Below, piece after piece: positions 1 through 15,300 of a DNA stretch of 64,000 bases. How positions within the stretch are numbered: the stretch's first letter is position 1; each line of letters opens with the position of its first letter. Below the pieces are notes generated by a model. That model did not search any database. It was not told the origin of the DNA and saw only the letters and a list, made by a program, of their open reading frames with translations. Both the position numbers and the translations under genes were made by a program. The DNA comes from Phoronis australis (taxonomy: Eukaryota > Animalia > Phoronida): positions 1,431,214-1,495,213 of the forward strand of contig NMRA01000035.1 of NCBI GenBank assembly GCA_002633005.1, given 5' to 3'.

Positions 1-1741
1 AAGAAAGAATTAACAATTACCATAGCTAGACCACAGGCATTATGTCCATACTAAACCACACTATCGGTCCATTCTTCTGCAGCCTAATATTAAATGTAAA
101 ACCCCTACCCAGTAAAGCCCTAGATAGTTGTATACTTGTCTAAATACTGGATGAATTTATAAAATGGATATTTTTGGTGAGGAGAGTAATATAAGAGAAA
201 CCAGTTGCAAAGCACGCCATCAGATTCACTGGCTCTGTTGTAGCAGTCTAACACTCTGCCGCCGAGCAACGTCCCTAGCACTAAACAGCAAGGGTAATAT
301 TTACTGCATTTAAATGGCTAAGACACCAGCCATGATCTTAGCAAATGTTGGGGAGAACTGGTCAATTGTAATAAACTAAAAAAACACCGCGGACTTTATT
401 GTTTTATAGCTCTGGTCAAAAGTAATAATTTCAAGACATCTAACCCATCAAACAATAATTCCAAAAATCTGTTTTCCGCCATAAAACCAATAATGACCCT
501 TTGGCATCTGATCTACGGGAAACTGTTTCTATACGAAAGCCAGAAGACTGAAAGACAGTTGCTCCGTTTTGGATTGAAAGCTTAGACGACAGGCACAATG
601 CTGCCAGTACATACACTGTCTGCAGTCCGATGTCAAATGCAAACTGTCACATTGTTCTGAATCAGTGAGGTCCTAATACAATAATTGACTACTTCACTTA
701 AATATGTGATGAATTCACTCAATTTATTTTGAATCCAGACGATGCGCAGAATACTAAGTAAATGACGAGCTAAAATCAATATCAAATTTAATGCAGTAAC
801 ACTTGATGACCAAGTAGTAGACAGATTGATTATTGCAAAATCAATGCTTAACATTGACCACAAATTTCAACTCGGAAATAACTTCACTCAATTTCCTTGC
901 TATTTTGCTATCACATATGATGACAGCCCACACATCAGTTCATTTTTTCCAAATGATGGAACAAAACTCCTATTCAACATTTCCTTTGGCCATAATTTTG
1001 TTCCTTTACAGTTAATTGGAATGAGCTGCTTACCAAATCGACCTCATGTAAAGTATAAGCACCATCAGAATTCCAATTTTGAATGCCACACATGAAATGC
1101 TTCACAGCACTTTCTGGGCTTCACTTCTTTACTATACGACATATTTTCCAGAATGAACATTTAAAAAGACCTAGGGTTATCCTTAACACACCTCTCTTTA
1201 ATATTTTTACTCAAACACAGCTATCTCTGTACTTGAACAATTTTTGTATTGAGTCAACTCAAGTATTGCAGAATAGCCATTTCTGGAGAATGTGAAGCGC
1301 CACCTACAGTTCAACTGTGACTTGGATGGAGACTCAGAGCACCGACATTCCACCATGTTTAACAATAGCTTGCGATCACCACTTCACCAAATTATCTGTT
1401 ATAGAAGTGGTAATCGAATGATTCACACAAAAAAGATTAATATCCTATACTGTCCACAAATTTAAGAAATGGCATTACGTTTCCATCGACTCGGTCCATC
1501 TTTTCCACTAGAATTTGAAATTGGGCCCAGCAAATACAGCTCTTTTGGGCTCTAGCAAAGTTAAAGAGTTATTGGTCAGTTGTTCGCTATTGCAAGCGCT
1601 TGTTGAGACTAAGTGGGATCCTAGAACAAAGTGGCTAATTCGGAAGATCATACTTCAGAAATGAGATCGGATTCATGCCGAACTTTCAGATACTGTGCTT
1701 TGTGCATTTTTCTCCAAAACAACGTTAGGAGTTGTTCTTAA

Positions 1742-2249
1742 CAGGGCTTGGAATGACCATTGACATAAAACGCGGAAACTTTTACGGCCCAAAACATGCG
1801 CCCTACCCAGCCTTGAAATAGACGATGTGAACCTTTCGCCGAAAAAAATCGGTAGGACTAAAAAAAAAATGTTACCACCATCAGTAGCATGCGTCTGCGT
1901 CTTTTTATCTCATCCATCCACTCCTCCACTCCCACCCCCATGCATTTTTGGCTGCAGAGCTGTAGTATTTGTCACCGCGGTTTACAATCACACGAGACGC
2001 CATTGAAAATCCCACCACTCTATCCCAGATGCCCCGGCAATGTTGACAATTTACGTTCCTCCGAAACATAAAGAGCAACTTCCGCTTTTCGAGGTGAACG
2101 TCGTCGGCAACGCCGCGGTAAGAAAGGAATTTGCCGCAGAAATTTTATATCAAATCAGATTTTTTTTACGCGGAAATATAATAAAATGCGCGTACAGAAC
2201 ATTTGAAAAAAGCGGAAATCCGCGTTTCCGCGGAAAATTCCAAGCCCTG
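1742..2249. mobile_element. Non-autonomous hAT-like element
   Basis: 13-bp TIR CAGGGCTTGGAAT/ATTCCAAGCCCTG with subterminal CGCGGAAA repeats; no clean TSD. Confidence 0.6.
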
Positions 2250-3302
2250 TTTTAAAATGTTCCACTTTTGCATGAGAGGCCATCAAAAGTAATTTCATGA
2301 TTTTTCTGAAAAAACTCATAAGTAGCATGAAATGAAGATGATCATTTAGAAAACTGAAACAGCATTTTTGAGACTTCATCTTGATAATCTATAAGCAATG
2401 AAATTTGGTTGTTTTAGTGTTACAATTGATTGGCCAAGAAAGTACCGCTGGCTGTTTTCGGCTAAATTTTTCTAAGATATGATCACCTGTCCTAATTTCT
2501 GTGAAATTGATATCAAGTTAAAAAATCAGATTCTACAAACTTTCTACAAAAAAATCAAATTTTACAGGCTTTCCACCTTCAGAAAATACAAATACTTCAA
2601 CAGAATTAAAAACTTTTGTAGACATTTGGCAAAACACACAGATAAGTTGATGAGGTGTAACACAACCTTTAGCGACAGTTGGCTAAATGTCAAGTCAACC
2701 AACATTTTCATGGTTCAATGAGCACACGCGAAAAGATCATCAATGACAAGGTGTAAAGCACAAACGTCAACACCAGCATCTGAGAGAGAGAAATGTTGAA
2801 TACTTGGGACAAAAAATACTTAAGCATCCGTTTACGTTAAACTTGTGAACTTAGCCCTACTTAACAAGCTTAAACTAGTATGAAGAAAGGCGATTGTCCC
2901 ACACTGGCAATACCATAACATCTGTATGGAAATAAAGGACAATGCGGAGAATTGGAAAAAATATTCTTTAAATGCACAATGGTAGGTATGTCTTCACTGT
3001 ATTGGCAGACAGGTGGGGACAACTTAAAAAGACACAACAATATGGCCCCAGTTTTAGATGACAATTAATACCCAAATTTGTCCCTTTTCCTTGTTCACAC
3101 CTTACAACTTTGTCCTGAACATTCAGAATTTCTCAAAACACTTTGGTAGTTGCCATGGTTTTGATGATAAAGCATCTGTTTAGTGATAGCTGGCTTAATG
3201 AATACAGAAAAAAAGAAAAATTTCCTTGTCCACCTTGATAAGTCCAAATTTTGCAATTTTACTGTATTACGACAGAAAAACGAAGTGTTTACAACCACTC
3301 AC

Positions 3303-3375
3303 TTTACTAGAGTCCGAAGGATGCTCAGCTATGGCCTCTACTGCTCCTGGATTCACCTTGAAGTCATCAGAAACA
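3303..3375 (-). CDS. LLGL1: Lgl coding exon 6 ([24 protein letters not shown])
   Basis: gttttcag acceptor; AAA|gtgagt donor. Confidence 0.9.
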
Positions 3376-6300
3376 CTGAAAACAAAACAAAACACCATAA
3401 CCACGAGCTCCAACCAACACATTTACTCCACGCAACTCCGGGCAAGGGGTTTCCCACAAAAAGGGTCAATGGCAATAGGCAGCCAGTTAGGGTGGTCCTC
3501 TTGCCCTTTCGCACACAGTCCCTGGTGCTTATTTTGTCCTGTCGAACATAGTTTTAGTTGGTATTTCGACTTTGTAGAGACATCTGCAGTGGGCATTTTG
3601 GCTTTGCACCACAGGTTGAATCATGTCAGGTGTAGATGGGAAGGGAATCATTGTTTTGAGTACGGCCTTCTGTCATTTGATACTGTCTTCAGTTGTTTTT
3701 TGAGTGTGGATGGACTTGATAAGGAAACCTATGTTGTTGTAGTCAGTAGCTAGTTACTCAGCACGCATCATGTAGTTTGAAATCAAGTGATCGTATCGTC
3801 TTTTCTCCGACAGTGATCGTGATGACAGTGTTGTGCATAAAATCGTTTATCATCACTAACATGTATCTTCAAAATTTTGCTAACATACTTCTGCATGACC
3901 ACATCTTGGTAGATGATGTGATCCAGGAGTTCGAAGGTCGTGACATCCAGCAGGTGAATGTGACCTCCCTCAGTGCCCAACAGGAGGTGCTCACAGTTGG
4001 ACGTCAGACAGACAGACGAGATGGTCTTCAGCTTGCTGCAACAGAAACAACAATAATACTAACCATGATAAATGTCACAAGCAGATCCAAGCATAACAGG
4101 AATAATAGACAACCCTCCCACACAAGTGAAGACACTCTCATTAACAGCATTCTTCAGTGACAAATACAAATCAGCACTCAGAAGCATTGTAATTCTTTAA
4201 TGAACAGCAATTCTCTGGCAAACCACAGTTCACTTCCCTCTCTGACAACATACACAGGCATAGCGTATGTTTGGTAAAACATTTAGAGTTTGTAAACTAC
4301 AAAGGGTACAGCTAATGTTCGTGATGATAATGTTGTTTTCATCAGAAAAGAACTGCACCAAATGAGAAAAGCTGAGCACCAAACAAAACTTACTAGTGGG
4401 AACAGCGAAGTTGTCAGCGAGGAAAGAAGACTGAATATTTGGCTACAATTCAGTCACTCCATTGGGTGATTGAAACAAGGGAGCCTCTAGACAGTTTGGC
4501 AAATACGACGACAGTGAATAACATTTAGCAAAGAGTGCAGAGAAACTTTTACCTTCCTGACAAGCTCGAGACTGGTCATCAATTGAGAAATATGTACCAC
4601 TTTCGGTATTTGCATATTAAAATATAAAAAATTCAAGCAACCAGCATCGCACGTTTTTAAAAGCAAACAGGTTTCAAAACTAAAACGTGTTCATATACAC
4701 CAACCCTTATATATTATCATAATTTTTATGCTAAAAATTCAGTTTCACGTGGCGCAAAGTCAAATTGCAAATTTCAGACCGGGAAAAATGAAGGTAATGA
4801 TTTCTGTTGAGACAATTGGTTAACTCCATATTGTTCATGGCTTTATTGTGTGTAATTAGGGGGGCTAACTCACAATGAACCAAAACAATGGATAATGGAA
4901 AGTTTTCGAAGCCACTAGCTTTCGGTCTCGTCTCGAGAACATCGTCGAGTGGAATGGCAGATAACTGGAGCCACGCTCATATCTGATTAGATGCGAGCGG
5001 GCTCGTTACCCGCCATTCCACCCGACAAAAACCTTGAGATGATACACAGAAACGAGCAAGGCTCCAGTTACCTGCCATTCCACTCGAGACGAGACCAGAA
5101 GCCAGTGGCTTCAAAAACTTTCATACTCCGACAGGGTACTTTCCATTACCCATGTTCTAACGGGAGTCGGTGATACCAACATTCGTTCTAAAACCGAAAC
5201 AATGGTTTTCAAGTAAGCACTGTGAATTCTAACTGAAGACCAATGCACCCCCCTCCCGCATTAAACCACATCTGTACATCAATTTATTGCGCAAGGTAGA
5301 GCCATCTATTGATTGCCTCTGTAATAGGTCCCTTTACCCCACAGTTCTATTGTCTGGACGTAACCTAAAACATGTACATAAGAATGAGAGCCATCATCAC
5401 CTCAGCTGGAACACTTATTAACTCTACATATAGAGCTGGGAGACAATGCAACTGCTCCACCTCCTGGATAAATAAGTATTCTGATGCCTATTTCGGGTAA
5501 TACGGTTTGACTATTTTCTTTACAAAACTGTCGTCGCGCACAAATTATGGCCAAAAATTCATTTCTTTCCGTTTTTTCAAAGGCTGGCAACATTACCAAA
5601 AATGTGCTTATGACACCTACAGGAACAAACCATGCTAGTGAGTGACTAGGATTTTCTTAATCTTTATTGTGGAGGAGAAATAGGATGTCACTTGTGAGCC
5701 ATAAGTGGCAGGCTGAATATGCAACAAAAAAACTTCCAGTTAGCAAGTTGTGTTCCAAACTAAGCAAAAAAACACAAAAATTCTGTGCGTTTCCAACAAA
5801 GGACTTTGTTTCGGAAACGGCAACTGTGAGCTTCATCAAAAATTTAATGAAGACGGCTATCTATGGCATCCAACTAAGAAAATTGTAGTCATCTCAGGGC
5901 AATGTCAATGTATCAATAATGAACAGGCTGGTAATTGGAGTACTTAGCTAAATTACAAAACTAGAGCCAAGGAACAAAGTCCTTAAAGCCTACCCTCAAT
6001 AGTAACACAAGTAAATTTAGTTCCAACAATATGTTAAAATCATCACTGACCACACCGAAGTCATAAATTGCCACATGTAACGAATGGTTAGGCTTATTAC
6101 CCGACTTTCGTCTACATCACCGCCAGAATCCTCAGTCAAGTCTAACAGCTGTGAACAACAACCGTGTACTTCGGGGGTTCTATTCAATATGCTCTGGTGT
6201 CCACCACAGAGGCATACTTCTACTGCAGGCTCTAGTGAATATTCACAACTACTGCTATCGGCTGTCCTTTACGTTTTCTCGCAGCGACCCAATGAGGCGT

Positions 6301-9300
6301 TAAAAAGCCTACTTTACATACAGTTTGATGTGCCAGCGTTAAAGAGTTTAAATCGTGTTTTCCTGTGTTACTGAATCATTGGCACAACTATCTGAACAGT
6401 CCAATACATCTGGAATAACAAAAATCTATTTGAAGAAGGTTTTAAAGAGCAATGACTTTTATGTCATTTGTCAAATTCCGGAATTTATTGAGTGGATTTG
6501 CAAGTGTGAAACAGATTAACAAAGATTTTTATTTCAATACTGCAACCAACACTGCATACATTAAATTCAGTACTCTGCAGACTCTGCTTTTCCTCAATAA
6601 CAGGAAATGAGTATAATTCACGAAATAAGCTTCTTTAATGGATTAAGAAGTTTTGAATGCAATTCAGAACCAGAAACCATTATCGTAATATTTTTTTGCT
6701 TTTAATAACTTTAAAGAAATAAGAACATGGCCACAAATAGATCGATGATTATTACCGTATGCAGCAGACAAGTTCTGGCAGTTGTGGATTCTTTCTGAAG
6801 GTGACGTTATTTTTATGGTTTTCGAAAATAAACTGCTTGGCGAAGTTATCACAAGAATGAGCAGAGGCAGAATTCAGCAGAAAGGTAGTTCCTAGATAAT
6901 TTGTATGTTATTGATTTATAGTAAAACAGACATACTTCTAAAATGCAAACTAATGTAATTATCGTGTTACTGATACTGTTGTTTTGGCATTAACCTTTGT
7001 TTCTGCTACATCCTATTAAAAGACATGGTCGCGTGACCCAATGGGTAAAAGATTGGTAAAACGTAAAAAAATCCTTTTTTAAGTCATTAAATAAACAAAT
7101 GGCCCGTGAGTTATGAACAGCACTTTTTTCTTCCTCTACAATGTACACGGGTGGATACACCACTTCATGGCGCCCAAGCCACAGAGGTACCGACGGACTA
7201 TCAAGTCAACGCTCGCAGGATCTACAGTGTTTGGCGAGTTGCTTTTTGGAATCCTGGATAAGCCCCCGTCTACAGGCTTTCTTTTTTCAGAAGATTATTG
7301 GGTTAAAATGTATCCTTTCATAGATATTATGCCAAATACTGCATCAGTTCATAAGGTCCCTACATAAACTTAAACAACATCAACAAAACCTTACAACAAA
7401 GTTTTCTTATCAAACAGTGCTGCAACAACAAGACTTAAATCTCGTCAACATGCTCATCTCCAAACAGTGTGGTATGAGCCTTTTCATTTCCAATGCCAAC
7501 AATTTTCACCAATCCGGCCATCTGACCGCAGAGCCCTTCACCTAAAGAGCTGTTATTTGGAAAAGACGTTTTCTCGCTTCTCGTTACTATATTAATCTAA
7601 AACAGCAAAGAGAAAAAATAACACAGTAGAAAAGCACTGAGGCGCTAATGTGCTGACCCAAGCACGTAGAGTGAATTCCTCAGATATGACTTGCGCATAA
7701 AAAACACAACTGTCTCTTTGGCAGAGGAAATGCAAGAACTTTGTCTGCAACTAATGACCAATGAAATTTGAGCCAAAAGATCGAGGCACAAGATCCACTT
7801 ACCAGTTTTAACTTCACCAAATGTTGAACTAGCAATTACCTATTAATTATAATTTCATAAAAATTCTTTAAATTAAGGACAAAAATAATTGCTAAAATTG
7901 GTACATTTCTAATTTTCAGAAGCAGGTCACATTGTTGCTAATTCTCAAAATGTTACCAAATGTTGTTTGGTAACAGCTAAGCCATACAAACCCTGTTGAA
8001 TGCAAAATAAATTTCCATGAAAAGTTATTTTTGTTGAGAAACTTAACGAAATGACATTTCGCATGTCTGTCATATACTTATAGTGATCCAAACTGAAGAA
8101 ATTTTACCGTGGTCTGACAAATGCCAAACCTGGAGTAAGAGTTTGTTGCAAACATGAAAATTAAAATCAATATCAATAATTTTAATCCTGATTTTCCGCG
8201 ATAACAAGAAACTGGCACAATTCACAGAAACCAACTTTTTTAATAGAGATTTTGAACGAATTATACCTAACAAACCACTGCTTGCTTTCAATAACTAGTG
8301 CATGAATCTATCTACAAATCATTTCTTTGTTATGATGACAAAGAAAGGAGACAAAATCAGACATGTGGGTCTCATAAGGAAACATGAGAACTGTCCATCA
8401 TAGATAACAATCATTGTTGTAGATCTTATGTAACAAAATTAAACATTCAAGAGTGACACAGAATGTAGGCACATGCATTCAGAGTGCAGAGCATAGGGGC
8501 ATGAAGGGCAACACAAGAGAGCCCTGCCAAGCTACAGATAAGGGCCCTCCAGGGCAATCGTCCATAATTATCAATTCAATATTGAACTCCACAAATGAAT
8601 GTTTCCCAGGCAGCCTGCATGTTAACATGAACATTATGGTAATCTTTGGTATGATGTCATGTATGTACTTTTGAAAAATTCGTGCCACAGTTCATGTCAC
8701 AAAATTAGTGGATTTTGAACACATAAAGAAATTAACTTAATTTGACGTTAAACACATTAACAAGAACAAATTAAAGTGCTGAGATGGACATACAACTGCA
8801 AGTGGGTGTTTATTAGCTTCATTTAACAACACAATTAAACTACCTGAAAACACATTGGTACTACCTGAGACCCAAGCCATTCACACATCTGTCAAGGTCT
8901 ATCAAAAAAAAAACCTATCAAGTCATTTTGACACTGACAGAAAAGCAATATCTAGCCAAAAACTAAAATGGCCCAAAGGAAGTGCTCCAGTGGCCTAATC
9001 CATTCCAAGGTCAGCTGGTGCTGATGCATCCCAGTCATAAATGTTCACAAAATTCATTACTTTGCTTTAGTAGTCGAATCTGCACGAAAATCAGAGCCTG
9101 GCTGGAACCTAAACTTTTCACTAGAAATCGAACTCCTTCGAATTGGAATACGAATTTAAGACCATTGCCTGTATATTTCACTGCCCCTGGTGATTATGTA
9201 ATCCAATTTTCCACTAGATGGTCACATTTAAGCCATAAGTTCAAGTATGAACTTGAAAACGAGAGCTTCCTTGAAATCCAGAGCTTCTACATGGCATTTG

Positions 9301-12300
9301 ATGTCACGATCTTCGGCCAAATTTAGCCTCACTCCCATATTTAAAGTATTTAGAAATCACGCAAAATTTCCCTTATCAGGCCTCAAAATTCCCCTCCAAT
9401 GATAAAAACTTCCCCTCAAACGTAGAATCACTTCTACTTGCAGCATTGGTTATAAGGAGTGGAAACTAGAGGGGAGGGGGGGACAGGGTATCTTTCCCCT
9501 CGAGTGAGCAAGGGCCCTGTTCTAGTAGTTAGCTATAGTTGCTGCTCGGGCATGGTTGGCCCTGGCATCACATGAAGGGAACCTCCCCACAGCACACAAG
9601 AAGCCACAGAGAAACAGCTGTCTCCTGCTGGCTTATCAACAAGTAGACAGCAAAACACTCCACAGAGCAAATGTCTGTGGACAGATGGCTCAGACCTTGT
9701 CAAGGAGTAGCTGTCTAATTAATCAAAGGGGAATGTTCAAAATAATAGGGCAGATGTTGATACAAACATGCAGCGTGCAATCTGCAGCAGTTCTTATCTG
9801 GGCAGCCAATGTGGAATGAATCTAGGTCACAGCAGACCATAAGTAGGTCATCCCTGTGTAGTAAACAACAGCACTGACAAGTTAGCAGGAAATGCAAACG
9901 ACAGGCTGGACACAAGGGATGTATGTGGATGTTGGCAGGCACAGACAGCTGACTATAACGCCAAAAGGAAGTCCGCACCTCATCACTGGGGACTTGTCAG
10001 AGTTGCTCAAAAAGTTGCTGATCACAAAACTATGATTACAGCTGACTCAGAAATCCAAACCCATAAGCCCCAAAGTTTACACTGGCCTGTGTTAACAACA
10101 AACGAGCACAAGCAAGATACAGGTCCATGAATTACTCTAAGCAGAGAGCCACATATCCATGACAAGAACACGCCAGTTAAGAGTTGTTACAGTGAAACGT
10201 AGGATACCATACATACATGACCTAAGGCCCTTTCACACTAGCGTCGGCACCCAATGTAATGGGGAATTGTGGTCACTAAGAATAGTTAACTTCAGTCTTG
10301 CATCAAAGTTAACAGTTCCAGTTAACTTCGCAGTAAACGGGTGGATTTAACAGTGGAGTGGCGATGCTACGGTGCAGTTCAACAGTTAACTTTGGTTTCA
10401 GCGAAGTTAATAATTAATGGGTAATGTGTCGTCATTAATAGCTACTCTTATTTTATATATATATAGCCAATTGAATGTCATTTGGCAGTCACGTAAATTT
10501 TCCCATATTGGGACAGTAAAAAAATCTTAGCATGCCCGGGATGCATTAGCACTACTGTGTGATTACTTCGATGATGATAGTGTCACCTACCGTTTACTTC
10601 GATGCCGTTAACTACCAAAGCTAGTATGAACAATTCAATTAACTTTGCAGTTTACGTGGATGCTCCGCTCATACCGGAGTTAAGTTAGTATGAAAGAACC
10701 TCTAGATACCTCACACAATAAGCCCCAAAATAAAAGAATACCAATTATGTAGATTTGGGGGTTCCCCTGAAGGCTCTTAAAAGGACTTCAGTTGCATAAA
10801 GTCAGGCACTTGAGTGGCTGTAATGAGGACTGCTTATAGGCAGTTGAGTATTTGAGGACATCGGTCACAGAAGAGTGGGCAAACACTACACCCTAAAACT
10901 TGCAGTAAGCCACACAGCTTATCAATGGACAATGCTTGCTACTGCACCTCAACAGACATGCCACGGAGTGATCTAGCCTGAGGCGCAAGAAAAATGTGCA
11001 GGATGAATTGAGGTCAGATTACGCTGACTAGTATGATTTTCCGGATGCAAGTCACTAATTCCAGGCCAAAATTCTCTACCCATGAATGTGATGTCTAACA
11101 AAAAATAGAGAACAATGAGGTCCTCCAATGGGAACTGAATAGAATACAAAAAAATACAACCATAGCTTCCAGAATAATGCAACCTTGATGTCAATTTACG
11201 TATAAACTGTTGTTCTTCTGAACTAATAATCAGCTGCAATAGTCACTTACAGGGGTCAAGTATTTTGAGAACCAGTTTTCTCCAATGAATAACGTGCATC
11301 AAACTGGTTCTGAAAATCAGAGACCTTAGTAAGTGGCTGTTGCCTGATCAGCCGACAGGAAGGAAATGTTTTGAAATTTCTTTCATAACTGATTTTACAC
11401 TATCGACAAGTACTCCAAAGCTGGTGGCCTAGTCATATACCACAGTAAATTAAGGTGAGTTGTTTCGAAACTGCAAGCAGCACCATCTATCAAAACCATT
11501 GCTTCCGCGCGTGGTTTTGGATGGAACCATTTGTTATGATTCTTAAATACAACCAATTAACATTCCCAATTACGGGAATTCTTCACTCATTCAGCACACA
11601 ACATGACCAGCAAGTGAAATGCAAACCGTCAACTTTCTCCACAAAAAAAGGTAAGGAAAATGTTTGGGCTATAACTAGCACAATGTGTACAGTGTAGATG
11701 CCATGTAGCAACATTTTGTTAAGTCTCCACTATTTGTAGCGATATAATCAGCCCTCGAAAAATGGAATATGGCAATTTTGGGAATTATTTTTGTGCAAAT
11801 TAAGTGGAGAATTACCATGGACTGAGCATTGTTGATGATAAGGAGCTCACAAATTTCTTCCACAGGGAGAACCATCGCCTCAATCTCGACTTATTCAAGT
11901 TTAAAGTTGGCAACTTCGGCTAGACACAATTTGTACCAAGCAGGCCAATGGGGCACAATACGCATGGCAGTTGTGAAAATAAAACCAGGCAACGCCAAAC
12001 TTTGTTGAGATTCGAAGCGCGCAAGATTGCCTGAATATCCACAACACCTGTTTTTAACTCTCTTTAAATTCCAACAGAACGTCTAATCCTTTTAGGCCTG
12101 GATGCAACAGGAATGCTACTTATACGCCCACTCTGACAAAGAGAAACAGTAGCTCTAAGTTATGGTTAATTTGTTGTTTTATAATGGCAAAAAATCCATA
12201 GCGTAGTAAAGTAATTCTTGCATAAAGTGGGTCTTAGGTTGACAAAACCTGACTAGTTTAATATAAAGACTCAACTAGTTTAAGTTTACAGACACGGCAT

Positions 12301-15300
12301 GCACTACCGACTAACAGTGACCGTACCTTCCCTCCTGGGCAAACTGGTCGAAGACCTTCACCTGTTCCATCGCTGACTGACCCTCCTTGACGTTGATCTC
12401 CCATAGGTGGAGTGTGTTGTCCGTTGTCAGCGAGACGAGGCGACCCTAACAAAAAATTGGATGGTTCGCTCAAGAACGTGCAACTGCCAATTATAGCACA
12501 TTTACAACCCTGAATTTTGGTCATACTTAAACGCTACTTCAGTAACAAGACTTACCTTAAGATACCACATTTCGTACAATGACGAGGTCGACTTTTCAGT
12601 TTTAACTTTGCAATGTGTCAAAGAAATCGAATCGTGAAATAAGGCATGTTAAAGCTTCTCGTTTTCAATTGGGGTTCAGAATGTCTTGAAGCATTATGCG
12701 CCGTTTCAATCTTATGTTGTTCTTTGCAATTCATGAAGCACCAAAGTAGCACTCAACATGGCTTAAACACAACAAACGGACTTCTGAAACACTCAACATT
12801 GCCCTGAAATCTGTTATGTGAGACACAGGTTGGGCTTTTTTACAAATAGAGATGAAAAAGTTGTGTGGGTTCTTGGTGAGACAGTGCCCATTATAAATAC
12901 GCAATTAAGGTATCAATTCTGTTTCGTGCTTTGCTACAAATATCAGTTTCAAATCTGTTTGTTATCACCAGTCATGACTAAGTAAATATCAAAAGATCAA
13001 AAGGTTAATTAGCTGTCATCTGACTACAGCTGCCGTCAATTACGTTGTTAGTTCTACTGAAACCAATGAAAAATCAGACTAAGGTTTTGTGTTGACAATT
13101 CCAAATATTGATCTCTTTGTCTTACCTGGTCAGGAAGAAAATAGAGCTGAGTGACGCCAACATCTCCGCTGTGCTTGGCGGAGAACTCGACACCGGCACC
13201 GCCAAAACTGAGAGGTGGAGTTAAGGCTCAACAATCAACCAATGTACCCATAGAGGGTTGAGCCGGAGCTCATCACTTCAACAGGACAAATTATAGATTT
13301 CAGTCACAAAATTCGGCAAAGTACAGAAAATATGAACTTGCAGAAAACATTTCATAAAGCAGTGTATGGGGTCAATACTTAAGAAATTTAAGTGACAATA
13401 AACTCGCGCCGGTCAAAATCCAACTTTAAATAAGGCCACTTTCAGTTATCATCTAGTCCTTTACTGAGGTTATCAATGACTCCAGGGCCTGGTTGCACGA
13501 AAAAGTCCTAAATAGGGACTCGACTAAGCTCCCTAAATCCACTACACATTTGTGTCTATCTTTACTCACAGATATAAACGTTTTCTATCACCTCATTTTT
13601 ATTATGAGCTCCTTTTGACTAATGACATTTTAAAATAATATAACTCAAAACCGAGTCTAATGACATTCTATAATAATATAACTCGAAACTGAGTCCTGAG
13701 TTCAGTGAAAATACATAGGGATTTTACACGAGCAGATCCTTATTTATTTTCGATAATGTTAAGAACTCAAAACAGAGATCACATTTGATTTGTAACACAG
13801 CCAAAACTTGACTTAGTCATGAAACTAAAATAGTATAAGAAAGGACACTAGCGTTATCACAAGTCCACAAATACGCGATAGATTTAGGGAATTTAGCCTA
13901 TTCCCTATTTGGGACTGCTTCATGTAACCGGGCACGGAAGACCAGACCCAGTCCAGACCCACTACGTTATTTTTTTATAATACTTTGGTTTCAGTGGCCA
14001 AGGCAGGGGCAGTCAAGACTTTTTGTGACCAATTTCTAATCAATTCAAACATAGGATGAGAACACAGCGATATTGCTTCAGAAAAGCACATAAGCCTGAG
14101 AATATAGAACTTTCAACAAACAACGTGATAAAAAGACATTTTATTTTTTATCACCAAACCAAGTTTTAAAATTTGTGAAAATGAAAGTTTTTGATTATCA
14201 AGACCCACAATGCTGTACATTCCCAATGTTGCTGATAACGTGACGAATAATGTACCAAGCAACTACGAGGAATGATAATATGTTGAAACTATAGAAAGGC
14301 ACTGCATCGGCAGTATGCAAACATACTGTCCCTGGGAAAGTTTTAGCATTCTGTGAGATTACACTTGTTTTCAAACAAAACAAAGGGTATTCCCAGCTTA
14401 AAAACAGCAGTGATTGAATTCACTGGTCAACTATGTGGCTGCATTCACACAGGTGCTGTCACCACACAACTGTCTATAGGGATTGTGTAACAGGACCATA
14501 TTTGACTCCTAGTACAAAGGAAGAAAGCGATTACCAGAGAAAACCAGAAAACCGTTTTCATGACTGTGACAATATACACACGTAACAAGCGTAACACGCG
14601 GTTTCTATTTTTAACAGACTTTATGAGCAAGATCAGAAAGGAATGTTGATCAATCACCTTCAACATACTAGATTCCTTCTTAAGTAAACATAAACCCAAT
14701 TGTACAACTCCTACACCATACTGAGAATATACCCTATACTATAAAGAAAATACTAGTGGACAGCCATGTAGTGGGCAAAAATGGTCATTTTCTCAACATC
14801 CGATCTGCTGGGTTACTTTAAATGTAGTCAGGGTCTGTATTATATCACTGGGTAGTACAAAAATTGTCAACTGGCATTACCAGGATCCTTGTCAAACTGG
14901 GTTACTTAGTAGACTAAAACTGTTGAAGTGGTGTTCATTAGCAGGTAACCACAGACTGCTCTCACTCTCATCAGGCTAACTTAAGGCTAACACAAAGTGA
15001 TTTAACACAGGGCAGGAGTCTGTTTCTATGGTAACCAGTACAGGCACTACTGAAATGCATTTGGAAAACACAATTGCAGTGGGAAGCATTTCCTGTGAAT
15101 AAAACCAGTAACAGCAAAAAGGCTCTTTGGCTGGAGTAGTATTGAGAGCCAATCAATTCTATTGTTTCGGTGCTGGAAACAAACTTTCAACTTAGTAGGC
15201 AATGGGTGAAGGTCGGTTCTGTCGGTACAACATGAATGCAAGCAAACAAAAGCCTGCCAACCAGACAAGCCACAATCACATATAAAAACCTTCTAGCAGC

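Noticed and set aside
7027-7050. tRNA-Arg-like 5' end GGTCGCGTGACCCAATGG
   Set aside because: No anticodon arm, T arm or B box follows.
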